From Schmidtea polychroa (Eukaryota), in the NCBI GenBank assembly GCA_044892525.1, contig CM097888.1:31434001-31498000 (forward strand): a stretch of 64,000 bases of DNA, written 5' to 3'. Position 1 is the stretch's first letter, and each line of letters opens with the position of its first letter. A model generated the notes under the pieces. The model was not told the origin of the DNA, ran no database searches, and saw nothing but the letters and a program-made list of their open reading frames with translations. Shown here one piece after another: positions 36,801 to 50,076 of this stretch. The position numbers were made by a program, and so were the translations under genes.

Positions 36801-39691
36801 AGTATATAATATAATTGACGAAAGTTTTGATATACATTTGTTGACGAGATATTTTTTCAATATACAATAAAACCCACTTTCAAATCTCTCATTATTAGAC
36901 ATAATTATTAATCTTCTAATAGACATTTTTTAATAATTTAAAATAATAATTAATATATTATTTTTATGTAAGGAAAAATTATTATAAATTCGTCTTTATT
37001 TTAAAATAAATTTCTTTTATTTATAGAAATTATAAAATATTTTACAGAACCACGAAATACTTTTTTTTTAAATTACATTTTTATTTCAGTGTAAAAGTAA
37101 ATTATATTATATCTCGGTTGCAATTAAATCTATTAAAATAGAAATATTTTACATATCATAATGATTAACAATTAATCACAATTTTTTTCTGATTCTTGTA
37201 GTTTTTCACCTGTTCCAGATGCCAAATGATCAAAAATAATAAATCACTCAAATTATAATTTATTGATCAATTGTTAGCTGACAAATATAATAAAAATTAA
37301 ATTTAAAATATTTTATTCAATCAATAGTGATTCAGAAAAAATAATTTCACTGAAAAAATAATTTTATGCAGTTTGTTTCACTTTTATTGATAATTATATT
37401 AATTTATGATGAATTTAATAATAGTTTCTACAATATATTTTGATGCATCACATCATTCATTATTTAGCTCTTACAGAAAATAAATTTCACTTAAATCTAC
37501 ATGAAAAATATATTACTATAATCCTGTAAAATGTCTGAATAAATTCAAAAAATTAATTAAAATTAACTAATTGAATTAAGGAAGCAAGAATCATTAAAAT
37601 GACATAAGTAAGTAGGTAATAATGAAATGATTAGATAGCAAATAATTTTGACATAATTGAGTGTTATATTTACAAATATAAAATAATTAAAACAACTTAA
37701 ATTTAAACTATATTAATTTACTATACAAATATTCAAACAACGAATGATATTTAATTCTTAATTATCATTTATTTATCACAAGGAAATTTAATTGATCAAG
37801 TAAAAGACAAAATTAATTCACAAATCATTGAAATTAAATAAACAAAAATTAACTTAAAGCACATTTTATTTGAAAACTTTGATAATAAAACTACTGCTCA
37901 CTTACAAAACTTATATCAAGTTAAAGTGAAATTTTTTTTTCAATTTATACAATGGCCTTGAGACTCAGTGATGGCTGATAAGTCTCTACAAAAGCCAGGA
38001 ATAAAATGCTAAAGTTATGATAAAATTTCTTTTCTAAAAGTTAATCGAAACAATTAAACTTGGTTCTAGTAAGTGAGATGAAAATAATAATATGAAAATA
38101 AGAAAATATCTCTAAATAAATTAAATAAATTAATTACTAAAATTAATTCCATCCATCTTCAATGTTGATAAATGTGACGTAACATATGATCTTCCCCTTC
38201 CTCTGTCACATTTTCCTTTACCCCTTTCCTCCTCTTAAGCTTGACATACTTCATTTATTGACATACTCTTTGTCATATTTTTTAACTTAGGATTTATTTT
38301 CAGAATCTTAAGCTATAAATTCTTGATATTTAATTAAAATTTTATTACAAGTAAATTCTTGTGAAAACATGCTTTTATGAATAAATTTGGTTTTTGATTA
38401 ATTACTTTTTCCGTTATGATTCCTTTCTCTACCTTTATCAAAGTTTTAATTATGAAAATTTCAATATTAATAAAAATAGAAATTCGTTTTTTATAGTCTT
38501 TTAAAGTCTTTGTTGCTATTGCTAAATACAACGATAAAAATATGTATTAATTGGTCTTTACTTTTGTGACAATTTCTTTTTCATATGTTAAAGTTGAGAG
38601 CATTTTTGTTTTATACTAATTATGCTGGGAATTTATCTCTGTCAGATATGACAAATTGGAAAATATTGAAACATGATTTCTTCAAGTTTTATTAATGAAA
38701 GTTTTATTATTGAAAAATTTTAAATCCTCAACATTCAATTAAATTAGAACAATTAAGTGTGGTATTTCTAGATAACGTAATTCGTAACGATATCAAATCT
38801 ACATTTTCTGTGCTTTTTTCAAACTGTCCAACTGTCACATCAGCCATTAACCACTTTGTGGACGCTGCTCTCCTAAATAGGTGCTTTGATTTCAATTTTA
38901 ATCTTTTTACAGAAATCGTTAACCTTAATTATGTGTATTCAAATCCAATTAAATTTTATTATCAATAATAAAAATATTTTTCATCATTTTTTATTCATAA
39001 TCATAGCAACCTTTTATTTCTTATTTTGGATTCGATAAAACAAATCCGGGTTAGATATTTATAATTAAAAATAATTTAAAATTTTTATTATTATCTTTAT
39101 TTTTTATCATTTTATTTTTATATTCTTGATAAAATTAAAATTTAATGTTACATTAAATTCATTTTATACATTTATTGGGCAATTCCAATAAAATTTTATG
39201 TCTACAATATAAAATTACATTTAGCGATTTTTTTGTTTTAAATAACAATTTTGTTTTTGAGTCCACACAACAAATTTTTCAAAAAATATTATTTCTTTAT
39301 TATAAAATGCTTGACTGACAATAAACTTTGTCGTTTATGAAAGAAATATTTTTTATAATTACAATATAGTAAAATGAATAAAAAGTACCCTTTAAAAATA
39401 TGAATAATAAAACAAAAAGTAATTAAAATATTTTCTGTAAAAAATATTTATCTTTTTGTTCATCTATGATATTTTTTCATTTAAAATTTCATTTATCCTC
39501 TTTTAGTTTTTGTCTAAAGATGTACTGCATTTTTTAAGTGTTAAATAGAAATATTTTTAATACAGAACGTCAAGCAACATATGAAATTATTGCAGAACTG
39601 TTAGTAATTGCATTTTGATGAAAAATGAGGATTTACTTTTAAATAATTTACAAACATTTTTCAGTGCGCCTAATATAATCCCGGTAAAAAA

Positions 39692-39693
<2 letters not shown>

Positions 39694-39736
<43 letters not shown>
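39694..39736. repeat. (AT)n microsatellite
   Basis: About 21 dinucleotide units. Confidence 0.95.
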
Positions 39737-39739
<3 letters not shown>

Positions 39740-42700
39740 CAGTTTATGTCAAAATCTATTAAAATTTAAACACAATTTCCCTTTCGTTTAATTATCAAAG
39801 GAAAATCTAATAAAATCTAAAACTTATTATCACAAATGATTTTGAAATTGTTTATGTAAGCAAAATGAACAGAAATTAAATCACAATTTAATAAATATAT
39901 ATTTACGCAAATATTGGGGATGCAATTACACATGAAATTGAAAATAATTTTGCGAATATTTGCATAAGTTTGTCTTCGGTGACGGATTGAGATGTTTTCT
40001 AAGATTTCCGAGTCATCTAATTATTGCCGATTGGGTTTCTTTGAGCAATTGTAGACATTTTTTCCCGGTAAATAATTTCATTATATTTTGACTGAAACTC
40101 ATTATTTTAATTGACAAACACAATTTATTAATATTTTAGGAAAACGAATATAATTCGAATTTTAGAGGATATTTTAAGGCAACATCAATTATTATTAGTT
40201 GCACTTAGTTAGGAAATACAGGTCAAAGGGATGTCTATATATTTTTGTTGCGGCATTTATTTTAATCTTTGTATTTAATCTTTGCTTGTAAATGAAAGAT
40301 TTTAGTATCTAGATTACAAATATAATCAAAAATATACTTCATCTATAAAGTATCATACTTTGAATATTTATGGATGTTTTTATTATATTCCAAGATGAGA
40401 CTGGCATCACTTGACCATCAAATAAAACTAGAATAAATGATTTTAAAAAGAGATTTCTTAATTATTTAATTTCAATTATTTTTCAGATATAGTTTTATTT
40501 ACAAATAAAAGTGATTCGGTAATAAAATCCGCGAAAAATTAAAACTTTACAGTAACCTTTATTTTTAATAGACAATATGACATTTTTATTTCAATAAAAT
40601 CTAGAAATTAACTTTTCCTAATCAATTAAAACAGATATTATTCAAATTCACCAAATAGTTCTTTTAAAACCATTTTTTATTTTTGAAAAGGTAATATTTC
40701 AAAAAAACATTTGTTTAAATAATTATTTTTTCTTTAAATTGTATTAAATAATATTTAATAAATCTGAATTAGAAATTAATTTTAATTTTCAAAAATTTGA
40801 ATATATTTTATAATTTTTCAATTTTTCATTTATTTTATGCTTTTCATAAATTAATTTATGTCTAATGACACTGTGCAAAATGGGTAAAAATGACCATCAT
40901 TAAACTATTGAATAAGACAAAAGGCTCAGTGTATAATGTCTTTACGCTTTTTAATTATGAATACTAAAAATAACAACGTGATTTATTCCCAAATCAAAAT
41001 ATAATTACACTAATTATTGTCTATGATGTGATGACAAGCGTCATTTTACCTTGCTTTGCCCTTCCTCATATAGTCAAACATTGTAGCAATTATTGAGTAA
41101 CATTGTAAGATTGTAAGATTTACCTTAGATTATTTAATTTTTATTCAAGACTCCTGGTATCATTTCTATATCTTCTTTTAATTATTTCTATTTTTTAAAA
41201 TATATTTGAAAAATTTATAATATTATTTAATATGTAAAAATTTTGCAATTCTCATTTATAAGCATATTTCATGTAAAAGAAATTCTAATTCATACAAACA
41301 ATTAAACTTATAATTTTTTTATAAAAGTTTTATTTTCTTTAGAGAAGATTTTTAAGCTCCCTCACAATTTATTGATTGCCAATACTTTGATATAAATATT
41401 TAATTAATAATTAGTTTTATTTAACTAATTTTATTGTAAATTATTTAATTAAATCCTGAAGAATCAATAGTGATTAAAGATTTGTTTTAATAAATAATTA
41501 CCAAATTTTCCCCTGATAATGGAATTTAATGCATAATTCTACGAATATACAAATTAAACAAAAAATCATTTAAATGAATCTTTTATGAATATTTGCAAAT
41601 ATAAATATCTAAAATATTTCAATTGTGAAAAATTAATAATTTATGTCGGGAAAATTTGAGTAAGGTTATTTAGTAAAAATAATTTACTGAATTATTTTTG
41701 TCGCCAAACCTTGCAAAAGGTTTTTTGTGTTTTTACTAAAAGAGAAATTATTTTATATATGACTTTTATAGACATATTTAAAATTAATGAATTATTCCAC
41801 ATATTTATTAAAAAGTTAATATTATAAATAATTAATAGACTTTAGTCTTTATAGCAATATTTGTTTAAATGAGTATTTGTCATTTCAAAGATTTTAAAAG
41901 TCCATAAATTTTATAGTTTTTTTTCTGTTGAGTTGTTTATCTTGTGTGATATTTTAAATTTGTGTCAATTTTATAAATAAATTATGGTTTATGGGATATA
42001 AAAAACTATTTCAATAACTGGCTAAGCACATTTAATGACAGCAGAAATTCAGAAATACAGAAGTATTCATATTTTTTGATTAAATATAAAAATAAAACAC
42101 ATTTAAAAGAAATACATGTCAAAAACTACTTATTTTCAATAATTTAAAAGTCTAAAAAACCCCCCTTTAAGGCCACTTCTAACCTATGAAATTACTTATG
42201 CAACATTAATATTTGAAAAGGTTTTACGTCTCCTAATGTAACAAGTTTTAGGCATGCACTTTCAATTGAAATTCACATAGAATTCACTTTTTATTGATAA
42301 TAAATGTATTGTCTCCATCATGACTAATTTTCAAAAGAAACGACACAAATTATTCATTACTAAAACCAATTCTTATCTATTACAACATTTCATGAGGAAT
42401 TGCACTTTTATTAACAAGTTCAAATACACGGCCACTCAACTATCGCTGCTGAACTGATAATTGGTAAAATCGAATTGGTTGCCTCGCTTTGACGTGGACG
42501 CCTTTACACTCTTTAATATGAATTTAATATACTACTCGTATAAGCTTTCTTTCCTTTCTTTTTTTCCCTTTTATCTTTGATCCATTAATTATCTTGAACT
42601 AACTTTGCCTTATTTAATTTTTTGATTTTGTTAATTCTTTTGTCATTTGCTTTTCAATTTTTCAATTTTGTACCTCACTTTTTTTCTCAGAATTTTAAAA

Positions 42701-43576
42701 CAACATATCCTTTATTTTATATATTTTTCCCTACACATTTAACTCACTGTAATAGTTATTTAATTTTATTATTTATATATCTTTGACAATTATTAAATGT
42801 AATTATTAATCATATTTCTTTCTAATTTTTATATCAATCATTGATAAATATTTCTATTTAAAACAAATTTTGCCGTTTTCAAGTGAAAATGGGTGTTAAA
42901 TAATAAACCGTAATTTAAAGTAGAAAACTAAATGAAAATAAATTACATCGTAAATAAAAAACATACCAATGATGAATAAAATGAGAAATTTTTTTACTTT
43001 TACCTAATAATTTTTAAAATAACTATCATTAAGTATAAATATATAACTTGATAAATTGAAAAATAAAATAGAATATTTATTTGCATTTTCTCATTTTATT
43101 TATAAAATTTGAGACGATATATTTATTTTGAAAAATAAATAATTGAAATTTTTACAAACATTGATTCATTTTGAAAATTGAAATTTTTATTATTTGTTTT
43201 AATTTTTTGCGTATTTTATATTAGGCTTCCAAGAAATAAAGTTTTGATTTTTAGTTTATTTGATTATTGGAACTCGTTTTAAAAATAATATTTAAAATAA
43301 ATTGTGAGACCAAACATTAGTAGAAAGGTAGTAAAGAGAAAAACAATAGATAAAGTACAAAAGCCTGGCAAAGAAATGTGTAAAAGTAAAAAGGCTAAGT
43401 TATACCTCATGTATGATAAAGAGACAAGTATATTCCAGTATTAGTTATTAACAGTTTTATAAATGATGTTTTTGAGAGAATTGCATTGAAAGTAGTCTTT
43501 TGGCATATTATGACAAAATGTCGATCATAGTAGATAATAAAATTCAATTATTAATTAATTATATCAATTAACTTAA

Positions 43577-43794
43577 CCCTTTAGATGCCGCGAGATTTTA
43601 GTATGGTCGTGCGCTACAGGCCGGGAATTTTCAAGAGATGTCACTTCAAGCATAAGTTATTACATTATGTAAAATACTTACCCTTAGCTAGTAAGAAATG
43701 CAAAGTATAGCGAGTTTACACGCTCATTTTGTATGAGCGGCGTGGCGCGCACGGAAATACAGAGCGTGTTAACAAGCTTATGGCATCTAATGTG
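43577..43794. mobile_element. piggyBac-like non-autonomous remnant
   Basis: TTAA|CCCTTTAGATGCC left end and a GC-richer interior. A partial inverted match GGCATCTAA lies at 43782-43790, but the terminal AGGG/TTAA is lost. Confidence 0.6.
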
Positions 43795-44285
43795 CCATTC
43801 TTTTTTATAATTATAAAAAATATACTAACTTATTCAAAAGTGTGTTTGGGACATAAAAAATAAAATATTCTTAGAAATCTAATATTGACCTTCATCAAAA
43901 ATATACACAAGAATGTCTCAAATTTAAACAGAACTTATCAAACCGATTGATATATGTTTTTATTTAATGGTGAAATTGTATGATGTTTTAAATTTAATAC
44001 AGTACACATTGTAGGATTAATCTAAATTAATCAGTAAATTAAAATAAAAGGTTGATATCATGTGGAAGTTGTTGAAGAAAAAATAGTAAAATCGAAGACA
44101 ATATTTACTCATAAGAGGATGCAGCAATATTAGTAGGTGCTTCATCTAGTTGACAAAAAAATAATTTTAATTTTGCTTATAACGTTAAAGGTAGATTTCA
44201 AAATGTTTTAAGGTTTTAATTCAAATTTATTAATAATATCTACTCAAATAATCATTTCGATGAATGAAGTGCAAGATATTTGAAT

Positions 44286-44430
44286 GGGATTATATGTTCT
44301 TCGAAGTACACTATTTTGTGAAAATACTTCATCATAAAGATAAAATTTGGCTTCATCAATAATTTACACATTGATTGATCTTTGTTAAAAAAAGTTTACT
44401 TGCTAATTTTTGACGCCTGCCATAATCAAA
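44286..44430 (-). pseudogene. Tc1/mariner transposase fragment (first catalytic Asp region)
   Basis: DEAKFYLYDEVFSQNSVLRRTYNP (44286-44357) has the exact spacing of DEAxFxLxxxVxxQNxxxxxxxNP. It is preceded by DYGRRQKLASKLF. Confidence 0.7.
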
Positions 44431-45439
44431 TGACAATAATGTATGATGGGTAATCGTATGACTTCAATGAAAAAGGACTGTTCTCAAGATATAACTTATG
44501 TTATACTGGAGTTATCAAACGCTTAAAACACTTGATTTCACTTATTTTTATTAATAAATTCAATTTTTACATTTGCAAATTAAACACACCGCTGTTGATT
44601 CTTTCCAAAGGTTAAGACATTATTCGACATTATTCGACCATTTCCAGATTGAATCGGTTATAAATAAACAATTTGTTCATCACACAGTTAGATAATTTTC
44701 TGAATTTAAAAAAATATTAGTGGCGTACACACTTCTAAGTTTATAGCAGATTGTATTTGGAAACAATATATTGCATTCATAATATGAAAGAATTAGTTTT
44801 TGTGATCCTATTTAATATTTTAACCAAATTACATGAATATATATATATATATATAACAGATTGTTTATTTATAATTTAAGAGTCTACCCATTAAATATTT
44901 ATTTGAAGCAATGTCGGAAAATAAAAATTCATTTCTATGAAATAAAGTTTGTTTTAAATGAACATAAGTTATTTAATTGTTTTCACTACTAATCAATCAA
45001 TAAGTAAACTATTATTGTTTATTTAAACTCGTAGAAACTGTTTATTATTTAATCAGAAATGTTTACTCTTTTCCAAAAGTTTCTGGTGTTTATTTTTATT
45101 TTGATTAATAAGAAATTTTCCGAACTAAAATCTTTGACTTGGGGGAAAATAAATAAGTCTATTTTAAATTTTCTATTCAAGTTTTTAATTATGTTTTATT
45201 TCGTTATTTATTTTTGGTAGGAGTAATGTTTTAACCAGAAAAAAATGTGACTTATATACATTGTTGAATTAGTACTGATTTCAAAGCATTTTTTTCTTGG
45301 TTCTTCCTATAGAATTTGCTCTTATACTTTTGATTCTAATGTATTTTAAAAGAATATTGTATTAAATGTTTACCATAATTGTCATAACCCTCTTGCAGGC
45401 AGAAGCAACTCTCTTTGAAATTTGAGTTCAGAATGTATT

Positions 45440-45620
45440 TTAAACTTTCTATACTTTGTACTCCTATAATGTGTTCTTTGTGATATTTTAATGATTGCGA
45501 CATTCTTCCAGTCATTGAAACCGTTTGTAATATGATGAACAATTAAATTTATGTTTTTGCATAGTAGTTTGCGAGCATAGCATATACTTTATATGAAGAA
45601 TGGAAACAAATCATTAAATA
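45440..45620 (-). pseudogene. hAT TTF-type zinc-finger fragment
   Basis: HITNGFNDWKN is followed in a shifted frame by SLKYHKEH, resembling GFxxWKxxxxLxxHExSxxH of ZMYM1-like hAT transposases. Confidence 0.55.
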
Positions 45621-45661
45621 TTTTAATAATGTCTCTTTTTTACTTAACTTTCAAAAAAGCA

Positions 45662-45840
45662 CTACAATAAATCGACATTCAATTTTTGTATATATTCACT
45701 CAAGAAGTATTTTTCTACGAACTCCTTTGGGTATCCATTTTGTAAAAACCGTGTTTTAAAGTTTTCCAGGGTTTCTTGTTTTTTCGTTTTGCCCGAACAG
45801 TTCCGTATTGCTCTTTTTCTCTCTTCTACTAATAGAGTAA
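45662..45840 (-). mobile_element. Penelope-like retroelement fragment (RT thumb region)
   Basis: TLLVEERKRAIRNCSGKTKKQETLENFKTRFLQNGYPKEFVEKY matches the RAxRxCS...LxxNGYPxxFV signature of PLE reverse transcriptases. Confidence 0.78.
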
Positions 45841-47433
45841 TAGAGAATCCTTTTTGTGTATATGACTGGACAAAATATGAGTTTCATATTAAGAATAATG
45901 AAAAACATCTGTGAGTTAAGTCAGAAATTGCACTTTGCACTTTTCACATTTTTGCACCAAAAAATCAATAAATGCGCAATAACTTGTCGACAAACCGCGT
46001 GAAACTCATTTTTGCAAGATTGAAACACTGGCGCTATTTTCAAGGGGAGGAGTACATGCGCGATAACAGACAGTGGTCCATACACTAACTTCTACCATTT
46101 TACGTGAATGTTAAGGAAAATGTTATACAAAGAGCTAGAATTAATGACAGCTCTAAGTACCCCTTTGAAATATATTTTGCTTTAATTAATTATAATTTGT
46201 ACACATAAATAAATGAAAAGTCGAAAGGAAGATAAATGAAACTTTAAAAGAGAAAGTAAACGAATCAATGATGAAAAAATCATAAATTATTTTACTGGTA
46301 AAAAGAATTACTTTATTTCTATTTTATTTTGAAATTATAGACAATTTAAGTCTATTTTGGACCCAATTAATAAATGGTTTTCATTTATAACAAATTTAAA
46401 CATTATTCTTGACATAATTTAGGAATAAAACTTTGTAAAATTGTTACTTTGTAACCTTCATAAAATGTCCAGTCTATTAATTTCATTATTTAATTTATGG
46501 TTTCTTTCTAATAATCCAATCTTGATTTATTCTATTTTATTTTCCTTTTAAATATTACATTATTTTATTAACTAATTAAAATTACAGAATAATTAGAGTA
46601 TATTATTATTTTATTAAATAATAATTTAAAATTTTAATTCTCAATTTTATTTGTAAAATCATGAGACCTTGATTTATATTTTTATTAAGGAAATTGTTTT
46701 AATTAAATTATTATATTGTAATTATAAAGGTATTTTCAAAGGATGTTTACAATAATTATAAAATTTGTAATTTACCATACTATTATGGTTCTTTTGGTAT
46801 TATCATTTCTTTCATTTATTCTCAATAAAACAACGCTATAAGAAGTATTATTAAATTTCAGAACTTCAGGAACAAATAAATAGAAATAAAGTTTTATCAA
46901 CAATAAAGAGGTTACATAAATAAAGAGGTTACATAGGGTTACATAAAAACCAGATTTTTGTAATTCTAATAAAAATAAGCATAAAATTACTCTTTTGTTT
47001 ACTTTTCGACTGTTTTTATTTTCTTTTAATATTTTATATATTTTCATTATAACTATAGATCAAATATTTTTCTTATAAATTGACAAAAAAGGAAACCAAA
47101 TATCTTAATCCAGCTACTCCTTTACCAGTAAATATAAAATGTCCAACCAAAATAATACGTCCTTCTAGAATATCAACTTTCATATATAAAGATATAAAAA
47201 AGCATAATCATAAATAAAATACTTAAATGAATATTTAAACAACAAGTAACATGGTAATCTTCAAAAACTAACTGTCTCTTTCGATTTAAATTTATATTAT
47301 TAGGTTTGTTTTATTTCAGTTTAGGTGCAAAATGAATTGTTATATTTAACCAAGCATAGCTATAAATTATCATGCATTTTTGCTGATTTAAATAGTTTCC
47401 ATTTAATTAGAATTTTTAAATCATTTTAAATTG

Positions 47434-47938
47434 TTTAATTCTCATTGATGCTGATGGAATCAAAGGTAATATTTGTTTTTGCATATGATCGGCAATACCA
47501 GGATACATCTTCAAATCACTTGATAAGACTGTATTGCTATACGAATCTTTACGAATATTCACATCGCATTTCATCATGTTGTTTTGTCATCTCAGGAATA
47601 CCAACAGCTTTCATTTCCAAGAATTATTGCTGGAACAAAGCTTCTGGACATCTGAATCCAATGGAAATCACTTGATCTGAAGTGTACAAAGTAAAAACTG
47701 CTTGAATTGCAACATACATCATTGGTGCAGTAAAAGTCTCCATCATAATTTGAGTCATGGATCCTCTGTCAGCTATGGGAATATCAAAAAGAATTCCTTC
47801 AGTTATTGAATTTGCATTTGTAGCAGCAATCGATTTAAAATTCACAAAACTCCTATATATAAATAATTTTATTATCAACACAAATGAATCCGTATCATTT
47901 AACCATTTAACAAGTTCATTAACTTCAGTTTGATTCAT
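47434..47938 (-). pseudogene. Internally deleted actin pseudogene
   Basis: [27 protein letters not shown] (about actin 123-145) is joined directly to [28 protein letters not shown] (about 244 onward). After a frameshift it continues [48 protein letters not shown]. The origin of the first ~45 codons is uncertain. Confidence 0.92.
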
Positions 47939-48558
47939 AATTGAAATAAGAAAACGCCAAAAATATTTCTATTTTTCAATATCAAAATTCCAGACTCAAA
48001 AACACGTTTAGAAAAAGAAATCCAAATTGAAAACCGAAAATCAAAATTCCCCAAAAAACGACTTCTTTAAACAAACACCAAAACTACAGAAACAATCGAC
48101 AAACAATAACAATATTAATCCAAAAACTAGATTACTCGCGTCTGCATACAGGCAATAAATAGTGTGTGCACACAGATGTGAGCAGTCAGAATTAACCATT
48201 AAATTATGTTATAAATAGAAATAGAAGTGAAAATAATCGCATTGTGATATTTTTGAATTTAGAAATAAAATTTATAAAGATTCATGAGTATTGTTAGAAG
48301 AAGACATAGTTTCACAGAAATCTTTATTCTCTACAAAAATCTAAGCGGAGCACACAATCGTTATACTATTTATAGTACATTGAATTGCGTAATCTACAAA
48401 AGGGAGAATTATTAGTTTAAGTGATACTGTTGACACAGAAGACAAACATACTTACTTAATTTAGTTATACAAGCATTCCCGCATCATTCACTATATATCA
48501 AGGTCTAGTGACCTGGTTATGTAAGTAATTCGTTGGAAATTATTATATCATCTTACAA

Positions 48559-48670
48559 GTATCAAAAAACATCGATATATTACTGATTTATAGTCTCCAA
48601 GCTCTCTTTTTGAAAAATTCAATGGAAAAAATAGTCAGTGGTGAAATTGGAAAAAAAATGTTTTTATAAT
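48559..48670 (-). repeat. Reverse-orientation copy of the modular dispersed repeat family
   Basis: Contains atcaaaaaacatcgatatattactgatttatagtctccaagctctctttt and tcagtggtgaaattgg. Confidence 0.85.
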
Positions 48671-48870
48671 CGATTTAACTGCCTATGTAAATAGTAAAGA
48701 ATTTAAAGAATTTCCAGATAAAGTATATATTCCTTTCTTTATTGTAACAATAAGATGAAAGCTTTTAATTTATTTTTAAGGGTAAATAGAGTGGTGAACC
48801 AATTTTTTTAATATTACAATTTTCTTAGTATGCATACACATATGCATATATATATATATATATATATGTA

Positions 48871-49076
48871 TATTCTAGCAGAAGTGAATTATTTTGGACA
48901 AAAATTTTTATGTAACATTTTAAAACATTGAATTATTGCAAATATACTCCACATTTTGGTCAGCCATTGTTGTTCAAATGAGGACCACATGCAAAATTTC
49001 AGCACCCTAGGTCCAACGCTGGGGAATTATATAGAAAACAAACAAACTAACTAACTTTCATCTTTATATATTAGAT
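48871..49076 (+). mobile_element. Short Helitron-related non-autonomous element (Lep1/HINE-like architecture)
   Basis: Starts (tatt)CTAGC and contains catgcaaaatttcagcaccctaggtccaacg, an (ACAA/ACTA)n tract and the end ctttcatctttatatattagat. It sits next to an (AT)n run. The call rests on recalled architecture only. Confidence 0.55.
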
Positions 49077-50025
49077 ATATTTGAATCATGTAAAATTACG
49101 AAACCAAAATTTTAGAAAATCAGTAAAGTAAAAAATATAACTTTTTATCAAATAAAGTTAGAAAAAATATAGAAAAATAGAAAATGAATATGAAAATTTG
49201 TGACATGTTATAAATAAATGTTTTCCTTTAATAATACTTTGAAGCAAAATATATCTTTTAAATAGTAAAATGTGCAAANNNNNNNNNNNNNNNNNNNNNN
49301 NNNNNNNNNNNNNNNNNNNNNNNNNNNNNNNNNNNNNNNNNNNNNNNNNNNNNNNNNNNNNNNNNNNNNNNNNNNNNNNNNNNNNNNNNNNNNNNNNNNN
49401 NNNNNNNNNNNNNNNNNNNNNNNNNNNNNNNNNNNNNNNNNNNNNNNNNNNNNNNNNAAATGAAAATAATGTCTTGTTAGAATTGTCGTGATTTATGTCA
49501 ATTATTTGCCTGTAGACAATGAGTTTTCAATAACAAATTCAAGGAATAAATCGTATTAAAATTAATTGAGAGAAAAAGAGAGGGAGCAATGCAAATTTGC
49601 CTCAGTAAAAATAAAAAATTCAACAACTTTTTTCATACACCGATAATAATTTAATTTTAGAGAATTTAACCTTAAACAATATACGACCTGGACAAGTGGA
49701 CAACATTATTATCTACCAAATTGATAGCTTTCAATTAAACCTTTTGTTTTTCTTGTTAAAACATGTCTACTGAAACTTGTTTCGCAAAGCAAAACTTAAA
49801 TTTTGAAAGTATTTTATGTGATTTTAGGCAAGATAATTATAGAAATATGTGTTTCTAGTCAATGATATCAATGTTTTTATTTTAATTGGAATTTTTAATT
49901 TGGTTGTGTTTATTCACATAATTACTTAAGCATTTTGTATAAATGCATTTTTTGACAGTTTATTTATCGGCAAATATTAAAAAATAATTGTAAACATTAT
50001 TAAAATGATAATGATCATGATTATT

Positions 50026-50027
<2 letters not shown>

Positions 50028-50074
<47 letters not shown>
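50028..50074. repeat. (ATT)n microsatellite
   Basis: About 15 units. Confidence 0.95.

Positions 50075-50076
<2 letters not shown>

Noticed and set aside
40020-40100. KKCLQLLKETQ, similar to the class B N-terminal helix
   Set aside because: No compatible acceptor or donor, and a stop follows immediately.
47780-47938. Reading the N-terminus of the actin-derived ORF as a Hook/Girdin CH domain (LVKWL...ITEGIL)
   Set aside because: The same residues align equally well or better to actin itself; no basis to name a second gene.
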